Assembly: GCA_018819325.1 (NCBI GenBank)
Contig: JAHJQJ010000021.1
Coordinates: 1 to 34,614, forward strand
Origin: Patescibacteria group bacterium
Lineage (GTDB): Bacteria > Patescibacteriota > Microgenomatia > UBA1400 > MFAQ01
Length of the DNA stretch: 34,614 nucleotides
Direction of reading: 5' to 3'
A program made the position numbers and the translations under genes. The notes below the pieces were generated by a model. That model did no database searches, was not told where the DNA came from, and saw only the letters and a list, made by a program, of their open reading frames with translations. Every line of letters begins with the position of its first letter. Within the stretch, counting starts at the first letter, position 1. Of the stretch, positions 34,568-34,614 are shown one piece after another.

Positions 34568-34614
34568 GATTTGGTGCTTAGTGATAGACCCATTATGCTC
34601 CAAAACATAATGGC

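Noticed and set aside
1-34614. Alternative genetic code (UGA=Gly, code 25)
   Set aside because: TGA terminates several conserved genes at the expected ends (rpmA, rsmH, mraZ, ftsI), and long ORFs are intact under code 11.

Overview
Chromosomal segment with a low-GC appearance and standard genetic code 11. Gene content and style point to a Patescibacteria/CPR organism, probably Microgenomates (inference). Almost all genes are on the minus strand. From right to left it holds a surface-glycan cluster (GT-C, GT4, GT2, GT4, hicB plus frameshifted hicA, GT4, manC, priming sugar transferase, DUF4012-like protein), recO, glyS, a reduced dcw cluster (mraZ-rsmH-ftsL-ftsI-dgkA-mraY-ftsW-murG-ftsQ-ftsA-ftsZ, with no Mur ligases), ileS, rodA, rplU-methyltransferase-rpmA-parB, and a convergent partial lepB. 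Five things stand out. (1) A putative small-nuclease gene inserted between recO and glyS has a 27-bp-stem structured element overlapping its 3' end, apparently driven by its own antisense promoter. (2) A dense mosaic of REP-like palindrome families fills the intergenic gaps and has entered four proteins in frame (methyltransferase, DUF4012 protein, ParB, FtsZ). (3) A dgkA::ftsI chimeric mini-gene records how a peptidase gene was integrated. (4) IleRS carries the non-canonical GVHH signature. (5) Extended -10 promoters sit almost directly before many start codons, suggesting leaderless mRNAs.
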